A stretch of 64,000 bases of DNA from Mycobacteriales bacterium (GCA_035547035.1 DASZVL010000092.1:86113-150112), one strand, 5' to 3'; shown: positions 30,750 through 39,695, counted from the stretch's first letter. Notes: generated by a model not told the origin, from the sequence alone. Translations and numbers: made by a program.

Positions 30750-31013
30750 TCAGACGACGCGACGCTTCAGTCGCCGGCGCTCGCGTTCCGACAGGCCACC
30801 CCAGATCCCGAAGCGCTCGTCGTGTGCGAGCGCATACGACAGGCACTCGCCCCGGACGTCGCAGCGACCGCAGACCCGCTTGGCCTCCCGGGTCGACCCG
30901 CCCTTCTCCGGGAAGAACGCCTCGGGGTCGGTCTGAGCGCACAGCGCCTCGACCTGCCAAGGCAGGGGCAACGTCTCGTCCTCTGGGCCCAGCACTACGA
31001 ACTGCTCGGTCAT
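30750..31013 (-). CDS. whiB: WhiB-family transcriptional regulator (WhiB2/WhmD-like)
   Basis: 87 aa. The four Cys C-x22-C-x2-C-x5-C (ALCAQ...VCGRCDVRGEC), the G[IV]WGG turn (FGIWGGL) and a basic tail RRRLKRR. Confidence 0.95.
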   Translation of the reverse strand: MTEQFVVLGPEDETLPLPWQVEALCAQTDPEAFFPEKGGSTREAKRVCGRCDVRGECLSYALAHDERFGIWGGLSERERRRLKRRVV

Positions 31014-31118
31014 GGCACCTCCACGTCAGCTGCCCGCGGCCGACGTACGTCCGCGAGGCCCGGCGTGTCCTGGTCAGGACGGACCGGGTCCTGGCCGGTG
31101 GGGAATGACACGCGTGGA

Positions 31119-31148
31119 ATTACACGCGAGTCGTAACCCAAAAGTCAA
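31119..31148 (-). promoter_or_regulatory. candidate sigma-70-type promoter of whiB (TTGACT-18 nt-TGTAAT)
   Basis: The minus strand reads ccTTGACTtttgggttacgactcgcgTGTAATtcc. The -35 is at 31148-31143 and the -10 at 31124-31119, about 100 nt upstream of the whiB ATG. The inverted repeat CGCGTG-6-CACGCG (31111-31128) overlaps the -10. Confidence 0.45.
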
Positions 31149-31195
31149 GGGGGGCGGTGGTAATTGCTCCACTCCCCGAGCGTGCTATGTGGCGC

Positions 31196-32737
31196 TCAGG
31201 ACTCGTCGACGGGCAGGTCGGGGACCGCCGAGCCGGCTTCGAACCGGGTCGGCTCGCCCGCCCGTGTGGCGCTCGGTGACGACGGCGAGCCCCCGGCCCG
31301 CTTGCGGGCAGGGGCTGACTTCTTGGTCGGCGACGCATTCTTCGCAGCCGCCTTCGCAGGAGCTTTTGCGGGCGTCTTGGCGGCCTTGGTCGCGGGCTTG
31401 GCGGGTGCCTTGCTCGCGGCCTTCGCCGGAGTCTCCGCCGACTTCGGCGAAGCCTTGCGGGCGGGCGCCGTCTTGGGGATCGGCCGAAGCCCGGCACGTC
31501 GCGCAGGCGCACGCGACGGGGCCGGGGCAGGCACCGGCTCGGACAGGCGGGCGAGAACCCCGGGCAGGGAGGGGACATCGGGCTCCGGCCGGTCCACCTG
31601 GTCGCGGCGGTAGCGCGCCGCGTCGCGGCTGTCGCGGCGCCGGTCGACGGCCTCGCCGACGCGGCTTGCGACGGCGCGACGCTCGCGCGGGGCCAGTCCG
31701 GCCGCGAACTCCTCGAGTACGTCGTGCAGCACGCGGTCGCGCTCCCGCTCCAGCGTCCGGTCCCGATCTGCCAGGTAGGCCAGCAGGGCCTGACCCGCGG
31801 CGATGAGCCGCTCAGTGCCGCTGCCGATCGTGCCGGACACGCTGCCGATGGCGGAAGCCTGCTCGGCAAGGGTCGCCTGGACGTCGTCCAGCACGCCCGC
31901 AGCTGCTGCCCGCCCTTCGGACACGACGATGTCGGCTCGGGTCGACCAGTCGCTGCGCAGCTCGCCGAGTGCCGTGGCGACGTCCCTGCTCGAGCTGCCG
32001 ACGGTGTCGTCGACGTGCTCCCGAACCTCGTCGAGGGCATCGGCGAAGTCGTTGCGCAGCTCGGTGAGCTGGAGCTCGACGTTGTCACGGGTCTCGACGC
32101 TGGCCCGCTCCATCGAGGCGAGAACGCCGCTGAGGTCCTCCAGCAGACGGTCGCGCGACTCCGCGAAGCCGTCGAGGATGCCGCCCTGCAGCGACGAAAG
32201 CTGCGCGTCGATCGGCCGGGTGGACTCGTCGATCGCCGTCAAGACCTCGGTGACGAGCGCCTCGATGTGCCGGCGGTCGGCGTCACGAGATGCCGGGTCC
32301 TGCAGCGTCTCGCCGAGGGTGCCGAGGCTGCTCGCGACCGCCTCTCCCAGGTCTTCCAGGCCGGCGCGAACCGCCTCCGCCCACTCGTCGAGAGCACCTG
32401 CCTGCTCCTGGAGCGCCTCCGAGGTCCTCTCCCGGTGCTGGGCAGCCGCGGCGCGCTCGGAGTTCATCGACTGCAGCAACGCCGCAAGCCGGTCGTCGAG
32501 CGAGGCGATCCGCGACTCGAGCCGGTCTGACAGCGCGTCGACGGTGTCCTCGATCGTCGCCAGGCGTTCCTCGAGCTCGGTCATCTCGGCGCGCAGGCCG
32601 GTGAGAGACGCGGCAACAACCGGGCCGACCGGCAATCCGGACTCACCGTTGGTCGTAACCGGTCGCGCGACCAGCGTCTCGAGCCGGTGGATCAGGTCTG
32701 GCCGATCACCGGCCTCGCCCAGCTGCGTCTCTGACAC
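31196..32737 (-). CDS. acidic alpha-helical repeat protein with C-terminal Ala/Lys/Pro-rich histone-H1-like tail
   Basis: 513 aa from GTG 32737, with GGGAG 6 nt upstream. About 400 aa are rich in Leu/Ala/Glu/Asp/Arg (LRAEMTELEERLATIEDTVDALSDRLESRIASLDDRLAALL...). The tail reads PKTAPARKASPKSAETPAKAASKAPAKPATKAAKTPAKAPAKAAAKNASPTKKSAPARKRA. The upstream part of track ORF 31196..33628 is antisense to cofD and is discarded. Confidence 0.7.
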   Translation of the reverse strand: MSETQLGEAGDRPDLIHRLETLVARPVTTNGESGLPVGPVVAASLTGLRAEMTELEERLATIEDTVDALSDRLESRIASLDDRLAALLQSMNSERAAAAQHRERTSEALQEQAGALDEWAEAVRAGLEDLGEAVASSLGTLGETLQDPASRDADRRHIEALVTEVLTAIDESTRPIDAQLSSLQGGILDGFAESRDRLLEDLSGVLASMERASVETRDNVELQLTELRNDFADALDEVREHVDDTVGSSSRDVATALGELRSDWSTRADIVVSEGRAAAAGVLDDVQATLAEQASAIGSVSGTIGSGTERLIAAGQALLAYLADRDRTLERERDRVLHDVLEEFAAGLAPRERRAVASRVGEAVDRRRDSRDAARYRRDQVDRPEPDVPSLPGVLARLSEPVPAPAPSRAPARRAGLRPIPKTAPARKASPKSAETPAKAASKAPAKPATKAAKTPAKAPAKAAAKNASPTKKSAPARKRAGGSPSSPSATRAGEPTRFEAGSAVPDLPVDES

Positions 32738-32839
32738 GCTGACTCCCGTTTTGGCGATCGTTGTGGCTTTCGGAACCCTACGCGGGATTGCCTGCGGGCG
32801 CTCGCGGCACTCGCGTGCAGGTACGAAAGACTGCTGAGC

Positions 32840-33817
32840 ATGCGGGTGACAGTGCTGTGCGGCGGGATCGGCGGCGCGCGCTTCCTGCTGGGACTCCGCG
32901 CGCTGGGCCACGACGTCACGGCGATCGCCAACACGGGCGACGACATGTCGGTGTTGGGCCTGCGGGTCTGTCCCGACCTGGACAGCATCGTCTACACGCT
33001 GGGCGGGGGCGTGTCCGCGGAACGCGGATGGGGCCGCGAGGGAGAGTCGTTCCGGGTCCGCGACGAGCTGGCTGCGTACGCCGACGCCGTGTCCGCAGCA
33101 GACGCGGTGGTGCCGACCTGGTTCGGGCTGGGTGACCTCGACCTGGCGACGCACCTGCTGCGCAGCCGCTGGCTGGCCGACGGCGTCTCGCTGTCCACGG
33201 TCACCCGGTGGCTGTGCGAGCGGTGGCAGACGGGGCTCACCGTCATCCCGGCGAGCGACGACTGGATCGAGACGCACGTCCGGCTGACGGACGGCGCCGT
33301 TGTGCACTTCCAGGAGTGGTGGGTGCGCCTTCGCGCACAAGTCCCGGCGACCGGGTTCGAAGTCCGGGGCGTCGAGGCGGCCAAGCCGGCTCCCGGCGTC
33401 ATCGACGCGATTCGCGACGCCGAGGTCGTGCTGCTCGCTCCCAGCAACCCGGTCGTGTCGATCGGGGTCATCCTCGCCGTCCCCGGCATCGCAGCGGCAT
33501 TGCGCGCAACCGACGCCGCAGTGGTCGGGCTGTCCCCCATCATCGGGGGAGCCGCGGTGAGAGGAATGGCCGATGCGTGTCTGGCGGCGATCGGTGTCGA
33601 GACAGCCGCTGATGCCGTGGCGCATCACTACGGCACGCGTCGGTCAGGCGGCCTCATCGACGGCTGGCTGGTCGACGAGGCCGACGGGAGCCTTGTCGAC
33701 TCGCTCACCCGCGCCGGCTTCGCCTGCCGCGACGTGCCGCTGCTGATGCACGACGTACCGACGACGACCGCCATGGCGGCTGCCGCCATCGATCTCGCGA
33801 CCGGGCTTGGCAGATGA
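32840..33817 (+). CDS. fbiA: 2-phospho-L-lactate (EPPG) transferase, F420 biosynthesis
   Basis: 325 aa. MRVTVLCGGIGGARFLLGL, ANTGDD, CPDLDSIVYTLGGG. Confidence 0.95.
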   Translation: MRVTVLCGGIGGARFLLGLRALGHDVTAIANTGDDMSVLGLRVCPDLDSIVYTLGGGVSAERGWGREGESFRVRDELAAYADAVSAADAVVPTWFGLGDLDLATHLLRSRWLADGVSLSTVTRWLCERWQTGLTVIPASDDWIETHVRLTDGAVVHFQEWWVRLRAQVPATGFEVRGVEAAKPAPGVIDAIRDAEVVLLAPSNPVVSIGVILAVPGIAAALRATDAAVVGLSPIIGGAAVRGMADACLAAIGVETAADAVAHHYGTRRSGGLIDGWLVDEADGSLVDSLTRAGFACRDVPLLMHDVPTTTAMAAAAIDLATGLGR

Positions 33818-34794
33818 CGGCATCGATCGAGGTGTGGGCGCTCGACGGGATCCCGGAGGTGACGGACGGCGACGACATCGCTGCGTTGATCGTCGCGACC
33901 GGCGTCGAGCTGAGCGACGGTGACGTCGTCGTCGTCACCAGCAAGATCGTGTCGAAAGCCGAGGGTCGACTCGTTCCCGGCAACCGCGACGACCACCTTG
34001 CCGCCGAGACGGTTCGGGTCGTGGCGCAACGCGGCCGCACCCAGATCGTGCAGACCCGACACGGCCTCGTTCTCGCCGCCGCCGGGATCGACGAGAGCAA
34101 CGTGCCGGACGGCACCGTCGCGCTGCTGCCGCTCGACCCCGATGCCTCGGCGGCGCGCATCAGGTCGGGTCTGCGACAGCGAGTCGGCGTCGATGTCGCA
34201 GTCCTCGTCACCGACACGATGGGACGTCCATGGCGAGACGGTGTCGTCGACACAGCGATCGGCGCGGCCGGCATCGAGGTCCTCGAGGACCTGCGCGGAA
34301 GCAGCGACAGCTTCGGCCACGTCCTCGAAGTCACCGTCACCGCCCATGCCGACGAGCTGGCGGCGGCTGCCGATCTCGTGAAGGGCAAGCTGTCCAACCG
34401 CCCAGTCGCTGTGGTCCGGGGGTTCGACGTGCGCCGGCCCGGTACCGATCTCGGCGCGAGGCCGCTGGTGCGCCCGGCCGCGGACGACATGTTCTCCGCC
34501 GGCACGCGCGACGCCAGAGCACAGCTGGTCCGGGACAGCGCGCCGGTCACCGCGACGTCGGACACCAGCGCCGACCCGGCGGCGCTGCAACGCGCGATCG
34601 ACGCGATCTGGGCGCCGGCGGTGAAGCTCGCCATCGCGGAGGACGGGCGAGCGATCATCGCGATCGGCGAGCCGCTCGATGTCGGCTACGCGCTCGGCCG
34701 GCTGATGGGTGCGCTGGCCGCGGAAGGCCTGCGCGCTGCTGCGCCGGAGCCCACGAGCGACGGCGCGCGACTGGACGTCACGGGAGCGGGCTGA
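33814..34794 (+). CDS. cofE: coenzyme F420-0:L-glutamate ligase (CofE domain) with short non-canonical C-terminal tail
   Basis: 326 aa. The CofE core covers about residues 1-230 (VVVVTSKIVSKAEGR, AAAGIDESN, VLVTDTMGRPWRDG, ADELAAAADLVKGK). Only about 95 aa follow. The ATGA-type 4-nt overlap with fbiA is present. Confidence 0.9.
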   Translation: MTASIEVWALDGIPEVTDGDDIAALIVATGVELSDGDVVVVTSKIVSKAEGRLVPGNRDDHLAAETVRVVAQRGRTQIVQTRHGLVLAAAGIDESNVPDGTVALLPLDPDASAARIRSGLRQRVGVDVAVLVTDTMGRPWRDGVVDTAIGAAGIEVLEDLRGSSDSFGHVLEVTVTAHADELAAAADLVKGKLSNRPVAVVRGFDVRRPGTDLGARPLVRPAADDMFSAGTRDARAQLVRDSAPVTATSDTSADPAALQRAIDAIWAPAVKLAIAEDGRAIIAIGEPLDVGYALGRLMGALAAEGLRAAAPEPTSDGARLDVTGAG

Positions 34795-35848
34795 ACCGCA
34801 TCGCGCCGTCCGCGATGACCGCGTCGTTCCACACCCGGATCCCGCTGGTCAGCTCGTTGTCCGCGCCGATCGACGCACCTTCGCCGATCACCGCGTTGGC
34901 AACCACCGTCCGCTGACCGATCTTCGCCCGACGACCGACAAGGGAGTTGAACACGGTCGCACCCGCTGCGATGTGCACGCCGTCCGCGATCACGCTACGG
35001 GTCACCTGCGCACCGGCGTCGACCGTGGTCCGCGGGCCGACCACCGAGCCGCCGTTCACGACGGCGCCGGCGTGCACGACGGCATCCTCTTCGAGCAGCG
35101 CCTCGCCCGGCGGGGCGATCAGGGCTGGCGAGTCCAGGACCCCGGTCACGATGTCGGCACTGCCCTTCGCGAACGCTGCGGGTGTGCCGACATCGAGCCA
35201 GTACGACGTGTCGATGTAGCCGAGCAGCATCTCGCCCGCCTCCAGCAGCTCGGGGAATGTCTCCCGCTCAACCGACACGACCCGGCCGTCCGGGATCGTC
35301 TCGATCACCTTCCGGGTGAAGACGTAGCAGCCCGCATTGATGCGGTTCGTCACCGGCGATTCCGACTTCTCGATGAAGCCGGTGACGCGGGCATGCGAGT
35401 CGGTCGGCACGCAGCCGAAGGCACGGGCGTCCTCGACCTCGACGAGGTGCAGCGTGACCGCCGCCTCACGACGCCGGTGCATCTCGAGCTGCGCCCGAAT
35501 GTCGTGTCCGGACAGGACGTCACCGTTCAGCACGAGGACCGGGTCGTCGGGTCCGGAGTCCAGCCGGCGCACGACGTTGCGAATGCCGCCACCGGTGCCG
35601 AGTGGCTCGGTCTCGGTGACGAAGTCGATGCGCATCCCGAAGTCGCGACCGGTGCCGAAGAACTCGTGGAACACCTCGGGCCGGTACGACGTCGCCAGCA
35701 CCAGGTGCTCCACGCCGGCAACGCGCAGCCGCTGCACGAGATGAGAGAGAAAGGGTGCGCCGGCGAACGGCAGCATCGGCTTCGGGGTCCGCAGCGTCAG
35801 CGGCTGCAGGCGGGTCCCCTGTCCTCCGACGAGGACGACGGCTTCCAT
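34778..35848 (-). CDS. mannose-1-phosphate guanylyltransferase / NDP-sugar pyrophosphorylase (Rv3264c-like)
   Basis: 356 aa from ATG 35848. MEAVVLVGGQGTRLQPLT, C-terminal left-handed beta-helix hexapeptide repeats. 17-nt convergent overlap with cofE. Confidence 0.9.
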   Translation of the reverse strand: MEAVVLVGGQGTRLQPLTLRTPKPMLPFAGAPFLSHLVQRLRVAGVEHLVLATSYRPEVFHEFFGTGRDFGMRIDFVTETEPLGTGGGIRNVVRRLDSGPDDPVLVLNGDVLSGHDIRAQLEMHRRREAAVTLHLVEVEDARAFGCVPTDSHARVTGFIEKSESPVTNRINAGCYVFTRKVIETIPDGRVVSVERETFPELLEAGEMLLGYIDTSYWLDVGTPAAFAKGSADIVTGVLDSPALIAPPGEALLEEDAVVHAGAVVNGGSVVGPRTTVDAGAQVTRSVIADGVHIAAGATVFNSLVGRRAKIGQRTVVANAVIGEGASIGADNELTSGIRVWNDAVIADGAMRFSPLP

Positions 35849-35861
35849 GCGGTCTGCGGGC

Positions 35862-36989
35862 CTAGGCCTGGGAGACGGCTCGGGCGTAGGCGGCAAGGTG
35901 GGCCTCGGCGCTCGCCGCCCAGGTGAACTCCTGGGCGCGGGCGAGCGCCGCATCGGCAAGCGTCCGGCGTCTCGCAGCGTCGTCGAGGAGCGCCGAGAGG
36001 GCAGCGCCGATCGACGCGGCGTCCGGCTCGGTGTAGGCGACGGCATCCCCGCCGACCTCGGGCAGCGACAGCCGTTGCGTCGTGAGAACCGGAGTGCCGC
36101 AGGCCATCGCCTCGAGGACCGGAAGGCCGAAGCCTTCACCGTGGCTCGGGAAGGCCACAGCGATCGCGCCACCCAGGTAGCCGGGCAGATCGGCGAAACG
36201 CAGGTAGCCGGGCCGGACGACCCGCAGGTGGCTCGGCACCTCCGCGACGGCCGCGTCGACGTCCTCGTCCCAGCCACGTCCGCCCGCAAGCACGAGCGCC
36301 GGCGGGTCGTCGCGCCAGCTGACGGCCTCGACCCAGCCGCGGATCAGTGCCGGGACGTTCTTGCGCGGCTCGAGCACCCCGAGGAACGCGACGTACTCGC
36401 CCCTGATGCCGAGACGAGCCGCGACCCGCGCCTTCTCGGCATCGGTCGGTGGGTGGAACAGCTGCGGGTCGACACCGTGGTAGGCGACGTCAAGCATCGT
36501 CGGGTCGGCGTCGAGGACCCGGACGAGCTCGTCGCGGGTGGCCTTGCTCGGCACGATCACCCGGGTCGCGCGACGCAGCGCGGTGCGGATCGCGGAGCGG
36601 AAGAACGTCCCCTTCACCGCCGCGATGTCTTCGGGCGCGGTGAAGAAGGTCGCGTCGTGGATGGTGACGACCACCGGACGACCCGCGCGCAGCGGCATCG
36701 TGTAGTGCGGCGAGTGGATGACGTCGACCGCGAGCTGTTGGGCGACCAGCGGCAGCCCCGTCTGCTCCCATGCAAGACGGGCCGGACGATGCGCGATCGC
36801 GGGCGGGCCGGGCACCATCGTCGCTTGCGGCGCGACCTGCGAGTAGCGCTCCGCGTCGGCTCGCTGGCACACGATCGCAAAGTCGGTACCAGCGGCGCCA
36901 AGAGCGCCCAGCAGGCCGTCGACGTAGCGCCCTACCCCACCGCGGTCGGCGGGCACAGCGGTCGCGTCGACCAGCACTCGGGGGGCCAC
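35862..36989 (-). CDS. GT4-family (GT-B) glycosyltransferase
   Basis: 375 aa. The C-terminal E-x7-E region FPSHGEGFGLPVLEAMACGTPV. GTG start with GGGGAGGGAG upstream. Confidence 0.88.
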   Translation of the reverse strand: MAPRVLVDATAVPADRGGVGRYVDGLLGALGAAGTDFAIVCQRADAERYSQVAPQATMVPGPPAIAHRPARLAWEQTGLPLVAQQLAVDVIHSPHYTMPLRAGRPVVVTIHDATFFTAPEDIAAVKGTFFRSAIRTALRRATRVIVPSKATRDELVRVLDADPTMLDVAYHGVDPQLFHPPTDAEKARVAARLGIRGEYVAFLGVLEPRKNVPALIRGWVEAVSWRDDPPALVLAGGRGWDEDVDAAVAEVPSHLRVVRPGYLRFADLPGYLGGAIAVAFPSHGEGFGLPVLEAMACGTPVLTTQRLSLPEVGGDAVAYTEPDAASIGAALSALLDDAARRRTLADAALARAQEFTWAASAEAHLAAYARAVSQA

Positions 36990-37073
36990 GAGCGGCTCCC
37001 TCCCCGTCTGATCTCGTAGTCGGTTCCTTGCGTATTTCAGCGTAGCCCCGCTGTATCCCTCCTGACCCGAGGT

Positions 37074-37697
37074 GTGATCACGACACGAAGCAGCAATCCT
37101 CTTGGGATGGCCACCACCTCAGCTCTGCTCGACAACGAACTACGTCGCGACGGGGCGCGACCGTTCATCACGTCGTACGACGGTGACGGCAACCGGGTCG
37201 AGCTGTCGGTGGCTACGACCGCCAACTGGGTGGCCAAAGCCGCCGGCTACCTCGAGGACGAGCTCGGCATCGAGCCGGGCGAACCGGTGACGGTCGAGCC
37301 CGCGCTGCACTGGCTGACCGCCGTGGTCCTGCTCGCCGGCTGGGCCGTGGGCGCCGACGTCGTCTTCGAGTCGAGCCGCGACCCGGTAGCGGTCGACGTG
37401 CCGCTGGACCCGATGGGCGCCGGTTTCAGCCGGATGGTCGCGGCCTATCCCGACCGGTACGTGCCGAGCGCACCCTCCGGCGAGGCCGCGCCGGGCGAGG
37501 TCCCGATCGGCGCGCGGCTGCTGACGACGCTTCCGCTCGACGAGTCCGGCATCACCCTGGGGCTGCTCGGGCCGCTGGCCGCCGGCGGATCCGTCGTCTA
37601 CGCGCCGCCGACGGCTGATCTGGCCCGGATCGCGGCTGCGGAGCGAGTCACCCACACCGCCGGCGCCGACATCGGCGGGCTACCGAGGTTGGGCTAG
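37074..37697 (+). CDS. TIGR03089-like conserved actinobacterial protein
   Basis: 207 aa (196 aa if ATG 37107 is used). RPFITSYDGDGNRVELSVATTANWVAKAAGYLEDELG resembles the family pattern as I recall it. 18-nt convergent overlap with the next gene. Confidence 0.6.
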   Translation: MITTRSSNPLGMATTSALLDNELRRDGARPFITSYDGDGNRVELSVATTANWVAKAAGYLEDELGIEPGEPVTVEPALHWLTAVVLLAGWAVGADVVFESSRDPVAVDVPLDPMGAGFSRMVAAYPDRYVPSAPSGEAAPGEVPIGARLLTTLPLDESGITLGLLGPLAAGGSVVYAPPTADLARIAAAERVTHTAGADIGGLPRLG

Positions 37698-39695
37698 GTC
37701 GAGGAAGGGTGTCATCGACGCCGGATCGGCAAGCGCGCCGCGAGAGACCGCCTTGTCGAGCGGTACCCCCGCGAGCACTCGCTTCACCGGGACCTCGCAC
37801 TTCTTGCCGTTGATCGTGCGCGGCACCGCGGGCACCGCAATCACCTCGTCAGGGACATGGCGGGGCGACAGCTGCGAGCGGGTCAGCCGGCGGACTTCGG
37901 CCGTCACGTCTTCCAGCGAAGCCCCCGCCGCCAGCACGACGAAGAGCAGCAGCTTGCCCTCCGTGCCCGCGGCTGAGGTGTCGATCACGAGGGAATCGGC
38001 GACGTCGGGCAGCGACTCGACAACCCGGTAGAACTCCGAGGTGCCCATGCGCACGCCGCCGCGGTTGAGGGTGGAGTCGCTGCGGCCGTAGATCACACAC
38101 GAGCCGTCGGCCGCGAACTTCACCCAGTCGCCGTGCCGCCAGACGCCGGGGTAGGTCTCGTAGTACGACGCGCGGAGCCGATCGCCGTCGGGGTCATTCC
38201 AGAACCCGACCGGCATCGACGGCATGGGCGCCGTGATGACGAGCTCGCCTACCTCGTCGAGGACCTCGTGTCCGTCCTCGTCGTAGGCAACCACGGCACA
38301 GCCGAGCAAGCTGGCCGGGATGACGCCCGCGCGGACCGGAAGATTCGGTGCGCCGCCGACGAAGGCCGTGCACACGTCGGTGCCACCCGACAGCGACGAC
38401 AGCATGATGTCTGCGCCGACCGCGTCGTACACCCACGCGAAGCCTTCGGGGGCGAGCGGTGCGCCCGTCGACCCGACGGTCCGGATCGCTGAGAGGTCGG
38501 CCTCGCCGGAGGGCCGCAGGCCGGCCTTCTCGCAGGCCTGGATGAACGGTGCGCCGAGCCCCATGCAGGTGATGCCGGTCCGCTCGGCCAATCGCCACAA
38601 CGTCATCTGGTCAGGGAACGCGGGATTGCCGTCGTACAGCACGATCGCCGACCCGACGGCAAGCCCGGAGACGAGCAGGTTCCACATCATCCAGCCGGTG
38701 GTCGAGAACCAGAAGAAGCGGTCACCCGGTCCGAGGTCGAGATGCAGCGCGAGCTGCTTGGTGTGCTCGAGCAGCATGCCGCCGTGGCCGTGCATGATCG
38801 GCTTCGGCAGACCGGTGGTGCCGGATGAGTACAGCACCCACAGCGGGTCGTCGAAGGCCATGGGCTCGAACGCGATCGAGCCGCCGACAGCGAGAAGGTC
38901 CGACCACGGCGTGGCCCACGACAGCGAGGCCGCCTCGTCGAGGTAAGGAACCAGAACGGTGTCGCGCAGCATCGGCAGCTTGCCGCGAAGATCTTCGACC
39001 GTCGCCGTGATGTCGAACTTCTTGCCGCCGTAGCGGTAGCCGTCGACAGCGACCAGCAACACCGGCTCGATCTGGGTGAACCGGTCCGCGATCGCCGTGG
39101 GACCGAAGTCTGGTGAGCAGCTCGCCCAGATCGCTCCGAGCGACGCGGTGGCGAGCATCGCGACGAGCGCCTCGGCGCCGTTCGGGAGCAGCGCAACCAC
39201 CCGGTCGCCGCGCCCGACGCCCTGCTGCACCATCCAGCTCCGGACACTCGCTACCTGGGTGCGCAGCTCACGCCAGGTCAGGCTCACGTCGCGACCGTCT
39301 TCACGCGCTGCGATCACGGCAACGTCGTCCAGCTCGGCGCGTTGCACGGGATAGAGCAGGTGCTCCGCGTAGTTGGTACGGCCGCCGGGGAACCACCTCG
39401 CGCCCGGCATCTCGCGACTGGTGATCACCGCTTCGTACGGCGCCGACCAACGGATCCCGATCCAGGCATCGAACCCGCCCCAGAAGTCCTCGAGGTGCTC
39501 GACCGACCAGTGGTGCAGCTCGTCGTAGGAGTCGAAGGTCAGGCCTCGCTCGGCCCCGAGCCAGCGTTGAAAGTCAGCGAGCCGCGACCCCGCGACGCGC
39601 TCCGCGCTCGGCGTCCACAACAGGTCGCCCTCGTCCACCACGAGCGGCAGGTTAGCGACCGGGGACGCGGCAGCAACCAGCCGGGCAGACGTCAT
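37680..39695 (-). CDS. acetoacetate-CoA ligase (acetoacetyl-CoA synthetase)
   Basis: LLWTPSAERVAGSRLADFQRWL...HWSVEHLEDFWG N-terminus, AMP-binding motif YSSGTTGLPKPIMH, C-terminal PRTINGKKCEVPVKR. Start is ATG 39695 (44-nt overlap with the ferrochelatase gene) or GTG 39641. The track ORF extension to 40049 is rejected. Confidence 0.9.
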   Translation of the reverse strand: MTSARLVAAASPVANLPLVVDEGDLLWTPSAERVAGSRLADFQRWLGAERGLTFDSYDELHHWSVEHLEDFWGGFDAWIGIRWSAPYEAVITSREMPGARWFPGGRTNYAEHLLYPVQRAELDDVAVIAAREDGRDVSLTWRELRTQVASVRSWMVQQGVGRGDRVVALLPNGAEALVAMLATASLGAIWASCSPDFGPTAIADRFTQIEPVLLVAVDGYRYGGKKFDITATVEDLRGKLPMLRDTVLVPYLDEAASLSWATPWSDLLAVGGSIAFEPMAFDDPLWVLYSSGTTGLPKPIMHGHGGMLLEHTKQLALHLDLGPGDRFFWFSTTGWMMWNLLVSGLAVGSAIVLYDGNPAFPDQMTLWRLAERTGITCMGLGAPFIQACEKAGLRPSGEADLSAIRTVGSTGAPLAPEGFAWVYDAVGADIMLSSLSGGTDVCTAFVGGAPNLPVRAGVIPASLLGCAVVAYDEDGHEVLDEVGELVITAPMPSMPVGFWNDPDGDRLRASYYETYPGVWRHGDWVKFAADGSCVIYGRSDSTLNRGGVRMGTSEFYRVVESLPDVADSLVIDTSAAGTEGKLLLFVVLAAGASLEDVTAEVRRLTRSQLSPRHVPDEVIAVPAVPRTINGKKCEVPVKRVLAGVPLDKAVSRGALADPASMTPFLDLAQPR

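Noticed and set aside
30711-30761. An inverted repeat, GCGTCGTC…GACGACGC, overlaps the whiB stop codon and might be a terminator.
   Set aside because: One arm lies inside the whiB coding sequence, no U-tract follows, and such GC-rich short repeats are frequent by chance in this composition.
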